A stretch of DNA of 64,000 nt, from the NCBI GenBank assembly GCA_039972695.1, contig JBDWMJ010000018.1:233749-297748 (forward strand), given 5' to 3'. Shown here piece after piece: positions 37,166 through 46,589 of this stretch. The stretch's first letter is position 1, and each line of letters opens with the position of its first letter. Source of the DNA: Roseibium sp. GTDB lineage: Bacteria; Pseudomonadota; Alphaproteobacteria; Rhizobiales; Stappiaceae. Made by a program: the position numbers and the translations under genes. The notes under the pieces are model-generated. The model had not been told where the DNA came from and did not search any database. It saw only the letters and a program-made list of their open reading frames with translations.

Positions 37166-38188
37166 ATGTCCGCTGTCGTGCCGCTTGAAACGGCTGAATC
37201 TATTTCTGATATTGCATTTGGGTTTATGGGTTCGAAAGCCCTTTTTTCTGCACTTCATGTGGGTTTATTTTCCGTTTTATCTGAAAAAATACTAACGCCT
37301 GCCCAGATTTCCGAACTTTGCCCATTGGATGCCGAGCGTGCGACAACACTCCTGACTGCCTTAACCAGCCTTGGGTTGGTTCGCAAAGAAGGTGAAGGTT
37401 TTACCAATTCGCCAGCAGCTGAAGCCTTTTTGGTCAAAGGTCGAAAATATGATTTCGGGGATTATCTCAGGCTGCAGATTGACCAGCAGATGTATCCGTT
37501 TCTGACACAGCTGAATGAGGCATTGACGGACAATCTGGATGCAGAAAACGTTTCATCTTATGAAGAGTGGTTTAGCGACCCAAAACAGGCGCGACTCTAT
37601 TCCAGATCTCAACATGCAGGATCTTTGGGACCAGGGCGCAGTCTTGCCCGCATCGTTGACCTGTCAGATGTCACCTCGTTGCTGGATGTCGGCGGCGGCA
37701 CAGGCGCTTTTTCCATCTCCTTGTGTGAAGCATACCCGCAGATGCACTCGACGATCCTCGATTTTCCCAATGTTGCCACCGTCGGACGGGAGTATATCGA
37801 GGAAGAGGGTTTGTCTGATCGCATCAGCTATCAACCCGGTAATGCCTTGAGTGATCCATGGCCAGAGAGTGCCGGGGCTGTGCTCATGTCCTACCTCTAT
37901 TCCGGTGTGCCGGGAACGGCCATTCCGGGGCTGGTTCGCAAGGCGATGGATATTCTGGAACCTGGTGGGCATTACATGGTGCATGATTTCATGGTCGATG
38001 AGGATCGCGAAGGCCCGAAGCTTGCCGCGCTCTGGCAATTGCAACACACGGCTTTCAACCCGCAAGCAAAATCCATCACCAGTGATTATGTTGCCGGTTT
38101 AATGGAAGGTGCCGGGTTCGAGAATGTCGAGACCAAGGTGATGATTCCTGGAATGACCATGCTGGTGTATGGCCGCAAACCGGCTTAA
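37166..38188 (+). CDS. class I SAM-dependent O-methyltransferase (Methyltransf_2 type with dimerisation domain)
   Basis: SAM motif LLDVGGGTGAFS and an N-terminal winged-helix-like dimerisation region. GGAGGA lies 6 nt upstream of the ATG at 37166. Confidence 0.8.
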   Translation: MSAVVPLETAESISDIAFGFMGSKALFSALHVGLFSVLSEKILTPAQISELCPLDAERATTLLTALTSLGLVRKEGEGFTNSPAAEAFLVKGRKYDFGDYLRLQIDQQMYPFLTQLNEALTDNLDAENVSSYEEWFSDPKQARLYSRSQHAGSLGPGRSLARIVDLSDVTSLLDVGGGTGAFSISLCEAYPQMHSTILDFPNVATVGREYIEEEGLSDRISYQPGNALSDPWPESAGAVLMSYLYSGVPGTAIPGLVRKAMDILEPGGHYMVHDFMVDEDREGPKLAALWQLQHTAFNPQAKSITSDYVAGLMEGAGFENVETKVMIPGMTMLVYGRKPA

Positions 38189-38195
38189 AGCCGAT

Positions 38196-38699
38196 CTAAT
38201 TCTGGCTGGATGAGGTAGGTGGTGCGTCGCGCCGTTCTGCAAACACTGTCCCCTTCAAGGAAAACACCAGAACATTGTCCTGATTGTGGGCAAGTATATC
38301 GAAATTAAGCAGCCCCCATTCGGGGCGGCTTCGGCTTTCCGTTTTTCCGGTGGTTACCCATTGGTAGCTCAAGGTATCGCCTGCAAAGACAGGTTTGATC
38401 CATTTCAGGTCTTCGAAACCAGGAGACGGCCCTAGTTTACCGGGGGTCTCACCCTTTTTGATGGCCTCATCGCGCAGTCTGTTAGATGTGGCAACAAACA
38501 ACTTCATAAAGACTGCAGCTGTATGCCAACCAGACGCGCACAGACGGCCGAAATGGGTTCTGGCAGCAGCTTCTTCGCTGAGGTGAAACGGTTGCGGATC
38601 GTATTTTTGAGCGAATGCGATAATGTCTTCAGCGCGAAACGTGTAAGTTCCAAGTGCGAGGTTATCGCCGATTTCGCTGTCTTCGAAAAATTTGGCCAT
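38196..38699 (-). CDS. MaoC-like (hot-dog fold) dehydratase
   Basis: 167 aa with hydratase motif region YDPQPFH. Its start overlaps the upstream paralog's stop (TGATG). Confidence 0.8.
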   Translation of the reverse strand: MAKFFEDSEIGDNLALGTYTFRAEDIIAFAQKYDPQPFHLSEEAAARTHFGRLCASGWHTAAVFMKLFVATSNRLRDEAIKKGETPGKLGPSPGFEDLKWIKPVFAGDTLSYQWVTTGKTESRSRPEWGLLNFDILAHNQDNVLVFSLKGTVFAERRDAPPTSSSQN

Positions 38700-39154
38700 C
38701 ACGCAGCCTTCCGGCGACGGAACAGAATCGCGTTTTCCCAATAAAGGATACTGGCGTTTGCCTGATTTCTGGCGGTCACTTCGACCGTGACAAGACCGAG
38801 GTCCGGCTTTGAGCGCAGCTCTTTCGCGCCGACGATTCTGGCTTCTGCTATCAACGTGTCGTTCGGGAAAACGGGCTTCAGCCATTTCAACCTGGCAATG
38901 CCGGGAGAGCCCTGGCAGGTGGAGCGATTCAAGAGGCCGGTTGCGAGCAATCGCATCACCAGACCGCAGGTATGCCAGCCGGAAGCTGCCAGACCACCCA
39001 GCAGTGACTCGGTACCGGCAGTATCGTCCATATGGAAAGGTTGAGGATCAAATTCGGAGGCGAACTCGATGATGTCGCTCCTGCTCACTTCAAGAGAACC
39101 AAGGTCGTAGGATTGTCCCGGCTCAAAGTCCTCAAAGCACAAAGCGTCACGCAT
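38699..39154 (-). CDS. MaoC-like (hot-dog fold) dehydratase
   Basis: 151 aa with FDPQPFH and GWHT. Tandem paralog of the downstream gene. Confidence 0.8.
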   Translation of the reverse strand: MRDALCFEDFEPGQSYDLGSLEVSRSDIIEFASEFDPQPFHMDDTAGTESLLGGLAASGWHTCGLVMRLLATGLLNRSTCQGSPGIARLKWLKPVFPNDTLIAEARIVGAKELRSKPDLGLVTVEVTARNQANASILYWENAILFRRRKAA

Positions 39155-39307
39155 CGGGGGTCTTTCGGAAAAAGGTGTGATCAGTAGGACCGGACCTTAC
39201 TGAATAATGCCGCCGCTGCCGATCAAAAAATGACTTGTTTTCTCCCGGTACAAACGTGCCAAGAGTAATTGAACTGTGACTGATCGGCGAACGGTACTTC
39301 AGGCTAA

Positions 39308-39670
39308 TCAGTCGAAGTAGATCTCGTTGTCGTCGAGATAGACATTGCTGGCTGCACAGATGTCTATGGCAATTGGTTCGTCGAGCACTTCATCATCATT
39401 CTCTCCAAGCCAGCCTACTTGAAACACCTGATCACAATTTCCGGTATCTGCAGTGAATTCTGCTCGTGCATTTGAGTCTGGCATCAAGGCGTCTGAAAGC
39501 CAGTTGTCGCTCCAGCCGTCGCCTGCATTCGTATAGAATCCAACGGCTACATTACCGCCGGTGTTGTTGTAGATATGAAAGTAACCTTCCGATCCAGTGC
39601 CTTGCGCCAAAACTGTCGATGCGCCTAACGAAAGTGCTGCTGCACAGCAGGCAGTTTTTATTGCATTCAT
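39308..39670 (-). CDS. hypothetical small secreted acidic protein (120 aa)
   Basis: Internal ATG at 39670 preceded by GGGGGAG. Signal peptide MNAIKTACCAAALSLGASTVLAQG. The mature part is Asp/Asn/Gly-rich with two Cys. Confidence 0.6.
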   Translation of the reverse strand: MNAIKTACCAAALSLGASTVLAQGTGSEGYFHIYNNTGGNVAVGFYTNAGDGWSDNWLSDALMPDSNARAEFTADTGNCDQVFQVGWLGENDDEVLDEPIAIDICAASNVYLDDNEIYFD

Positions 39671-39808
39671 GATTTGCTCCCCCCGATAGATGGCCTTGTT
39701 TGTGGCCAGCAACGACCAAGCTAACGAGGTAGGAGCTGTTAGTAAACGAAATGGCAGTTGTAGAAGACGTCGCCTTCCGGTCTTCATGCGTTCGATAGTG
39801 TCGAAGTG

Positions 39809-40708
39809 TCAGTCTTCGTCCTTCAGTCCATTTGTTTGAGCGATGAAATCTGCAATCATCGGAAGGTATTTCTCGCCATCTCCCGAAGCATCCATTGCTG
39901 CGAAACTGTTTTTGACGACAGATTGCATAGGGCTGACCGCACCTATACTGGTGGCGAGATTTGCCAGATACCGCATGTCCTTGTGGGCATTTGAGATGGA
40001 GAATTTGTGAGCGTTTTCATCTCGCTCCAGGGTCCACTTCATGAATGTCTCATAGAAGCCGTTAGAGAGCCGGCCAGGCCGGATGACAGAATCCACCTGC
40101 TCAGCGCTTAGTCCGGATTTGCGGGCGATAGCCAGTGCTTCGGAATAAAGGACACCATAACCTTGAGCGATGAAATTGTTGATCAGTTTCATCTTGTGAC
40201 CAAGACCAACTTCGCCAAGATGCACGATCACACCCGCCCAGCATTCGATGACGGGTCTGATCTTTTCGAACACTTCCGGCGAGGCACCTACCATCGCGTC
40301 CAAAGTACCTGCTTCGGCTTCCTTGGGTGTGCGCGAAAGGGGGGCATCAGCGAATTCCATGCCGACCGCTTTAAGGTCCGCAGCAAGCTGTTCCGTTGAA
40401 ACCGGATCAGACGTTGAGCAATCTATAACGACAAGACCAGATTTCACTGACGCCAGAATGCCGTTCGGTCCGCGGATGATTTCCTCGACCTGAGGACTGC
40501 CGGAAACGCACAGGTGAATGATGTCACACTTGGCAGCCATCTCTTTGGGAAAATGAACCTCTGTCGCTCCGCGCTTGACGAGGTCTTCAACCGGTTGCCG
40601 GTTTCGATGCCCCATGACAACAAGAGGAAAGCCCTTTTCGACGATGTTCTTGGCCATGCCATGGCCCATCAATCCGACTCCGATAAAGCCGATTACCGGT
40701 TTTGCCAT
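39809..40708 (-). CDS. NAD(P)-dependent beta-hydroxyacid dehydrogenase (3-hydroxyisobutyrate dehydrogenase family)
   Basis: Rossmann GFIGVGLMGHGMAKN. The 299-aa length and C-terminal all-helical domain are typical of the HIBADH/6PGDH-like family. Confidence 0.85.
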   Translation of the reverse strand: MAKPVIGFIGVGLMGHGMAKNIVEKGFPLVVMGHRNRQPVEDLVKRGATEVHFPKEMAAKCDIIHLCVSGSPQVEEIIRGPNGILASVKSGLVVIDCSTSDPVSTEQLAADLKAVGMEFADAPLSRTPKEAEAGTLDAMVGASPEVFEKIRPVIECWAGVIVHLGEVGLGHKMKLINNFIAQGYGVLYSEALAIARKSGLSAEQVDSVIRPGRLSNGFYETFMKWTLERDENAHKFSISNAHKDMRYLANLATSIGAVSPMQSVVKNSFAAMDASGDGEKYLPMIADFIAQTNGLKDED

Positions 40709-40758
40709 TTATGAATTCCTAACTTCGAAAATTGGTTGCAAGACGATCCGGGCCAAAA

Positions 40759-41658
40759 TCAGCTTTTCACGTATTTGCGCCAGTTGTGCTCTTCCTTGAA
40801 TCCCAGGACTTCCCGAATTTTGCGATTTGAGAACAGGGCTTCATGGTCTTCGAGTTCGCGGCCTAACGGAACGTTCGGAAAGAAGCGTTTCAGGATTTCG
40901 CTGTTGGGAATGTCGACTGAGTTTGTGTCATTGCCAGCATTGAAAACCTGATATCCCAATCCGTCTTTCTCAAGGCACCTATCAACGATCTGGCCGAGAT
41001 CACGCGCGTCGATATAGCAGAATATATTTCTGCGCCGTTGTCCTGGGTTTTTGAAGAAATCCGGAAACCGGTCATATTCGTGCGGTTCCATGACATTGCC
41101 AATTCGAAGGGCGTAGATATCGATGCCGGACCGTCTCTGAAATGACCGTGCGGTCTTCTCATTCAAGACCTTGGACAGGCCGTAGCTGTCCATCGGATTG
41201 ACGTCATAGTCTTCTTCAACCGGGAGAATATCCGGGTCGACCGTACCGTCTGCAAAGCAGACGCCATAGGTGGTCTCCGATGAGGCGATCACGACTTTCC
41301 GGATACCAAGTTTCACCGCCGCTTCAATGACATTGTATGTGCCGATCGTGTTGACTTCGAATGTCTTGTTGTCCGGCTGAAGGAGAATGCGCGGTATTGC
41401 TGCGAAATGGACGACGGCGTCAAATGCCGGGACACCGTTTCCTGGTTCAAGTTCATCAAAGTTTGCGTAGCTTGTCATCACGTTGAACATTTCACCAGAT
41501 TGGGTGATGTCCGCTTTGAGGTTGTCGACGCCCGGGTGGTCCAGAGGGGTCAAATCGACATTGACGACCCGGTGGCCCTTATCCAGAAGATAGGGAATGA
41601 CATGCTTGCCAGCCTTGCCTGAGCCACCGGTAAATAAAATCCGTTTTGGAGTGCTCAT
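40759..41658 (-). CDS. NAD-dependent epimerase/dehydratase family protein
   Basis: ILFTGGSGKAGKHV Rossmann motif and YGLSK (YxxxK) catalytic motif. Confidence 0.85.
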   Translation of the reverse strand: MSTPKRILFTGGSGKAGKHVIPYLLDKGHRVVNVDLTPLDHPGVDNLKADITQSGEMFNVMTSYANFDELEPGNGVPAFDAVVHFAAIPRILLQPDNKTFEVNTIGTYNVIEAAVKLGIRKVVIASSETTYGVCFADGTVDPDILPVEEDYDVNPMDSYGLSKVLNEKTARSFQRRSGIDIYALRIGNVMEPHEYDRFPDFFKNPGQRRRNIFCYIDARDLGQIVDRCLEKDGLGYQVFNAGNDTNSVDIPNSEILKRFFPNVPLGRELEDHEALFSNRKIREVLGFKEEHNWRKYVKS

Positions 41659-41756
41659 TGAATTGCCTTTTTAAATATGATGTACGTTCCTCAAATGGAG
41701 TACTATATAGTACAAAATATGCTTGTTCTTCAATCCGCGATTGTGCGTTCCTGGTT

Positions 41757-43532
41757 CTAAAGAGGCCAGAAAAACAGAAGAGCCGGGATTGAAACAAGAA
41801 GCACTAAGATCTCCAGAGGCAGGCCGATACGCCAGTAATCGCCAAATCGGTAGCCGCCTGGTCCCATGATGATGGTATTGTTCTTGTGCCCGATCGGCGT
41901 CAGGAAAGCGCAAGACCCCGCAACGGCAACGGCCATCAGAAACGGGTCCGGATTGACCCCCAGAGAGTTGGCAATTTGAACGGAGATGGGCGCTGCAATC
42001 AGGCAGGTGGCGACATTGTTGAGAAAATCGGACAATGTCATCGTCACGATCATCAAAACGGTCAGGGTCACCCATGCGGGCGATCCGGCGGTTAACTGAA
42101 CAATGCCGTCCGCAATGAGTTGGGCGTTGCCCGCCTGCTCAAATGCCTGTCCTAGAGGGATGAGAGAGCCGAGCAGTACGATGACCTTCCATTCCACGGC
42201 ATTGTAGACCTCGGACCCGCTGACAAGCCCGGTGGCTCCATAGAGCACCACGCAAGCAGCCAGTGCGACCGGAAGATAGGCAAAACCGGCTACGGCTACT
42301 GCAATAGCCAGAATAAAGCCGCCAATGGCCAGCCAGGCCTTGTTTCGCTGTACCATGTCGGTGGTCCGACCTTCCAGTGGCAGAACGCCAAGCCAGGTGC
42401 AGGCACCCTCAAGTCTTTCGGGGCGACCCAGCAGCAGCAAGACATCGCCGGGGCGGGTGGGTTCGTGACGAACCCGGTTTTGAATTCGTCGACCCTGCCG
42501 GGATATCCCGAGCAAGGTTACTTTGTGTCCATAGAGCAAGCGCAGGCTGAAGGCTGACCGGCCGGTAACTCGGGCGCCATCAGGAACAATGGCCTCCATC
42601 AGCGAAAGTGCTCCCCCAACAATGCCGCCTTTGTGGCGTTCTGATCCGGCAAATTCGAGTTTGGCCGCTCCCATGAAACTTTCTATGGCTTTGGGGTCGC
42701 CCTCGACTAATAGAAAATCGTTTTCCTGAATTTGCTCGCGGCGTGCAAAACCCCTGATGCGATGGCCGTTGCGAATAAGGCCGACGATGGCGATGTCCTT
42801 CTCGTCCGCGATTGGATAGAGATCGCCGACTGTGACGGGTTTGTCGTCCGGGATTTTGCCGACCTTCAATTCGGCGCTATAAAGGCTTTCCGCAAAACCG
42901 TCCTCTTCCACCGGCGTGCTGAATCGCTTTGGCAATAGGCGCCATCCAAATAGCGTGACAAAGGCAATACCTGCAATTGCAACGACCAGGCCGACAGGGG
43001 TGAAGTCGAACATTGAAAACGGCGCGCCGAGAGCATCTTCCCGGTAGGCCGCAATGACGATGTTTGGCGGTGTACCAATTAGAGTGATCATACCGCCCAG
43101 GATCGTTGCGAAAGACAGTGGCATTAGCGTGAGGCCCGCCGCGCGTTTCGCCTTTTTGGCAGCTTCTATATCCAGTGGCATCAACAAGGCCAACGCTGCG
43201 ACGTTGTTGATGATCGCCGAAAGGCCTGCTCCGACTACCGCCATCAGCCCTATGTGTTGCGACAATCCCCGCGAGGTGGAGAGAAGATGTCGAGCGATCA
43301 TCTCGACCGCACCCGAATTCATCAAGCCTTTGGAGACGATCAGAACGAGCGCAATGATAATGACGGCAGGATGACCAAATCCGGAGAAAACCTGATTGGA
43401 GGGTATCAAGCCAAGGAATGCTGCCAGAACGAGAGCGGCAAAGGCAATTAGATCGAAGCGTATGCGGCCCCAGACCAGCAAGGCGAACACTGCTCCGAAC
43501 AAGGCAAAGAGCAGAATTTGATCTGTTGTCAC
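41757..43532 (-). CDS. SLC13/DASS family anion permease with two central TrkA-C domains
   Basis: 591 aa. Hydrophobic N and C halves flank a soluble region of about 170 aa (…VGDLYPIADEKDIAIVGLIRNG…, …ALSLMEAIVPDGARVTGRSA…) of TrkA-C type. GTG start with GGAG upstream. Confidence 0.85.
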   Translation of the reverse strand: MTTDQILLFALFGAVFALLVWGRIRFDLIAFAALVLAAFLGLIPSNQVFSGFGHPAVIIIALVLIVSKGLMNSGAVEMIARHLLSTSRGLSQHIGLMAVVGAGLSAIINNVAALALLMPLDIEAAKKAKRAAGLTLMPLSFATILGGMITLIGTPPNIVIAAYREDALGAPFSMFDFTPVGLVVAIAGIAFVTLFGWRLLPKRFSTPVEEDGFAESLYSAELKVGKIPDDKPVTVGDLYPIADEKDIAIVGLIRNGHRIRGFARREQIQENDFLLVEGDPKAIESFMGAAKLEFAGSERHKGGIVGGALSLMEAIVPDGARVTGRSAFSLRLLYGHKVTLLGISRQGRRIQNRVRHEPTRPGDVLLLLGRPERLEGACTWLGVLPLEGRTTDMVQRNKAWLAIGGFILAIAVAVAGFAYLPVALAACVVLYGATGLVSGSEVYNAVEWKVIVLLGSLIPLGQAFEQAGNAQLIADGIVQLTAGSPAWVTLTVLMIVTMTLSDFLNNVATCLIAAPISVQIANSLGVNPDPFLMAVAVAGSCAFLTPIGHKNNTIIMGPGGYRFGDYWRIGLPLEILVLLVSIPALLFFWPL

Positions 43533-43827
43533 GATGGGGGCTCCGTGGCTGGTGAATCACACGGTGAGTAGAACACACTTTTCAAGTCGAGGAGCAAAGA
43601 CAATGGCAAGCAAAGAGACAAATACTGTCAGCGTGCTGCAGTTTACATCAGCAATGCAATTGGCTGCTGTTGTCAGCTGTGAACGCGCAACTGTCCATCG
43701 TCATGTTTTAATTGATCCGGCATAAAAAAGCGCAAATGCATTGATGATCTTAGAAATGGTGTGGAGTAAAAGAAAACTCCCTGACGATCCAGACATCGGG
43801 GACTAATGCCCTGGAATTCAAGAATTC

Positions 43828-43989
43828 TTAGACAACGCTCATCAGGAGCAGCGGCAATCCGTCAACTGTTGCCTCCATTTTATCGCCGCGGTTGACCGGT
43901 CCGACACCAGAAGGCGTTCCCGTCATGATCACGTCGCCAGCAGCAAGTTCAAAATAGCCAGACAGGTAGGAAATCAATTTCCTGATTTC
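43828..43989 (-). pseudogene. 3'-terminal remnant of a fumarylacetoacetate hydrolase (FAH) family gene
   Basis: 53 codons plus stop translate to EIRKLISYLSGYFELAAGDVIMTGTPSGVGPVNRGDKMEATVDGLPLLLMSVV. This matches the conserved FAH C-terminus (lIsylS...pGDvI.TGTP.GVGpv..GD). An in-frame TGA lies immediately upstream, there is no start codon, and no N-terminal part is detectable in any frame. Confidence 0.7.
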
Positions 43990-44097
43990 TCAGAACGACT
44001 GTTCTTAGTTCGGGACTCCGCAGTTCGTCGAGCGTCAATTCCGATGTTTCCGCACATACCGGAATTAAACCCAAATGACGATCTGCTCAGCGTTCAC

Positions 44098-45363
44098 CTA
44101 GTCCTCGGCTTCCACATCCGTTGGCATGAACCAGACTACAACAAACGCCAGAATACCTGCGGCAACCAGATAAAATGCCGGCGCCAGTTGGTGATGAGTT
44201 TTATCGATCAGATATGTGGCGATCAACGGCGAGGTACCGCCAAATATCGCGAGCGGAATATTGTAGCCGATCGAATATCCGGTCACACGGATGGAACGTG
44301 GGAACTGCGCGATCATTGTCGACATCAAAGGCGCGAAATAACAGGCCAATACGACTGACAGCCCGATTTGTCCGGCAATCACGTAGACTGGATCATGGTG
44401 GTGCAGCATCCAGAACATCGGGTAACCGAGGATGGCAACTCCACCCGATCCCAGAAGCAGCAAGGGTTTGCGGCCAACCTTGTCGGCTGCGTACCCCAGA
44501 CCTGGAAGCAGCAACATGAACACGATCATGACACCCGTGTTTATGGTCAGTGCGCTGCTTTGGGTCAGTTTGCTGTAGTCGACCAGATATGTGGTCAGGT
44601 AGACAAAGGTCAGATAAAAACCGACGCCGTTCAAAATATTGCAGGCAATCGTGCGCATCAGTGCCGGGCTATGATGCTTGACGACTTCCGCTACCGGCAC
44701 TGCGACAGGATCATTTGGTGACGGCGGTAGATCAGTTGGGTCTGCCTTGTTGGAACTGCGGATTACGAACCCCATGAGGCCGACCAGAAGGCCGAAGGCA
44801 AAGGGTATTCGCCACCCCCAACTGCTCAAGTCATCCGCAGGCAGCAGACTTGTCGCCAACGCAGCGACGCCAGAGCCGAGCAATACGCCGAAGACTGCGC
44901 CAACCAAAGCCCAGGAGACGACGAAACAACGACGGTCCTTTGGCGCAATTTCATACAGATACACCGAGGATCCGGTGTATTCGCCGCCGACTGACAGGCC
45001 TTGCAGTAGTCTGAGGAAAGTCAGGGCGACGGGAGCCCAGATACCGATAGAGTCATAGGTTGGCAGGAAAGCAATGAGCGTTGTCGGGATTGCCATTAAC
45101 GCGACGGACAAGAGCAACGCCCGGCTGCGGCCTAACTTGTCGGCGATGTGACCCAGAAAGAGGCTGCCAATCGGTCGCATCAGAAACCCGGCAGCGAATA
45201 CACCGAACGTGCTGATCAGGCTAACCGTCGGGCTGCTGCTTGGAAAGAACTGATGAGCGATGATTGGTGCGAGATAGCCGTAGACCGCGAAGTCATACCA
45301 TTCGAGTGTGTTCCCGACCGTTCCGGCAACAATCTTCCGGGTACTTGTGTTCGCCGCTTCCAT
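44098..45363 (-). CDS. MFS transporter, metabolite:H+ symporter (MHS/ProP-like) family
   Basis: N-terminal GNTLEWYDFAVYGYLAPIIA signature of the MHS family and 12 predicted TM helices. I prefer the ATG at 45363 (GGAG upstream). Confidence 0.85.
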   Translation of the reverse strand: MEAANTSTRKIVAGTVGNTLEWYDFAVYGYLAPIIAHQFFPSSSPTVSLISTFGVFAAGFLMRPIGSLFLGHIADKLGRSRALLLSVALMAIPTTLIAFLPTYDSIGIWAPVALTFLRLLQGLSVGGEYTGSSVYLYEIAPKDRRCFVVSWALVGAVFGVLLGSGVAALATSLLPADDLSSWGWRIPFAFGLLVGLMGFVIRSSNKADPTDLPPSPNDPVAVPVAEVVKHHSPALMRTIACNILNGVGFYLTFVYLTTYLVDYSKLTQSSALTINTGVMIVFMLLLPGLGYAADKVGRKPLLLLGSGGVAILGYPMFWMLHHHDPVYVIAGQIGLSVVLACYFAPLMSTMIAQFPRSIRVTGYSIGYNIPLAIFGGTSPLIATYLIDKTHHQLAPAFYLVAAGILAFVVVWFMPTDVEAED

Positions 45364-45481
45364 CTTGATTAGCTCCGCCCAGCAGTGTCGTTGATGAGCG
45401 GAGCCTAAATACAAACAGTTGAGGGTTTGTTTCCTGATGCCTGGTTCCAGATTTCCGGTATCCGGCGATGCAGTTCAGAAA

Positions 45482-46585
45482 CTAAGACGTCTCAGCAGGG
45501 AGCAGGACCGGCGAAGCCTGTTGAAACGACAAGCTGACATCGGTTCCGGCTGGAAGTGGTGAATTGATCTCGCCGGAAGTGACAAACAACGAACCGAATT
45601 CGGCAACAAGCGTGTATTCCATGTGGCGCCCGACATAAGTCGCCTTGGAGACTTGAGCCGCGATACCAGCGTCAGTACCTGCTGCTTCGATTCGTATTCT
45701 GTTCGGTCGCACGGCAAGGATTGCAGGCCCAGTGGTCAATCCGCGTGCGGGTAGAGTCTGTCGATATGAACCGATGCTGATCGTTGCCTGATCGTCCTCA
45801 ACACCGTCGATTTGGCACTTCACCAGATTGGCTTCCCCGATGAAGTCCGCAACGAACTGATCATCCGGGAGCTCGTAAAGATCTCTTGGCGCCCCTTCCT
45901 GGGCGATCTGGGCATTGCGCATCACGATGATCCGGTCAGAAACCGCCAGTGCCTCCTCCTGATCGTGGGTGACATAAACCACTGTCAGGCCGAGAGATTG
46001 TTGGATGTCGCGGATCTCTTCACGGACCTGACGACGTAATTTGGCGTCCAGATTGGAGAGTGGTTCATCAAATAGGAGCACTTGCGGTTCCAGTACCAGC
46101 GCTCTTGCGACAGCAACGCGTTGTTGCTGACCACCGGAAAGTTCGGAAGGGAGACGGTCGCCGTATCCTTTCAAACCAACAAGCTCGAGACCGGCGAGTG
46201 CACGCTCCGTCGTCTCCGCCTTTTTGTAGCCACTGAATTTCAGCCCATAGGAAACGTTCTCCAGCACGTTCATATGTGGAAATAATGCATAGGATTGAAA
46301 CACCATCGAGACGTCGCGGTCAGTTGCCGGCAAGGTGGTGACATCGGTACCACCAATCAGGATCTGGCCGGATGTTGCCATTTCCAGACCGGCAATCATG
46401 CGCAGGGTTGTTGTCTTGCCGCAGCCTGACGGGCCAAGCAGCGTGACCAGCTTGCCGGCCTCGATATCAAGAGAGATGTCATCTACGGCGACAACATCCT
46501 TGCCGAATACCTTGGAGACGTTCTTGAACGACACGGACGCGGCGTGGCTTTGCGGCTTTAGATTGGGTGCAGGTTCCATAGTCAT
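45482..46585 (-). CDS. ABC importer ATP-binding protein (FbpC/PotA type)
   Basis: Walker A GPSGCGKTT, LSGGQQQRVAVARAL, Walker B LLFDEPLSNLD, and C-terminal TOBE-like domain. I chose the ATG at 46585, 2 nt after the permease stop. Confidence 0.9.
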   Translation of the reverse strand: MTMEPAPNLKPQSHAASVSFKNVSKVFGKDVVAVDDISLDIEAGKLVTLLGPSGCGKTTTLRMIAGLEMATSGQILIGGTDVTTLPATDRDVSMVFQSYALFPHMNVLENVSYGLKFSGYKKAETTERALAGLELVGLKGYGDRLPSELSGGQQQRVAVARALVLEPQVLLFDEPLSNLDAKLRRQVREEIRDIQQSLGLTVVYVTHDQEEALAVSDRIIVMRNAQIAQEGAPRDLYELPDDQFVADFIGEANLVKCQIDGVEDDQATISIGSYRQTLPARGLTTGPAILAVRPNRIRIEAAGTDAGIAAQVSKATYVGRHMEYTLVAEFGSLFVTSGEINSPLPAGTDVSLSFQQASPVLLPAETS

Positions 46586-46589
46586 TTTC

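Noticed and set aside
42877-43578. 233-aa ORF on the minus strand in an alternative frame of the DASS permease gene
   Set aside because: It runs same-strand but out of frame with a gene that has clear family features. The translation is Arg/Cys/His-rich nonsense.
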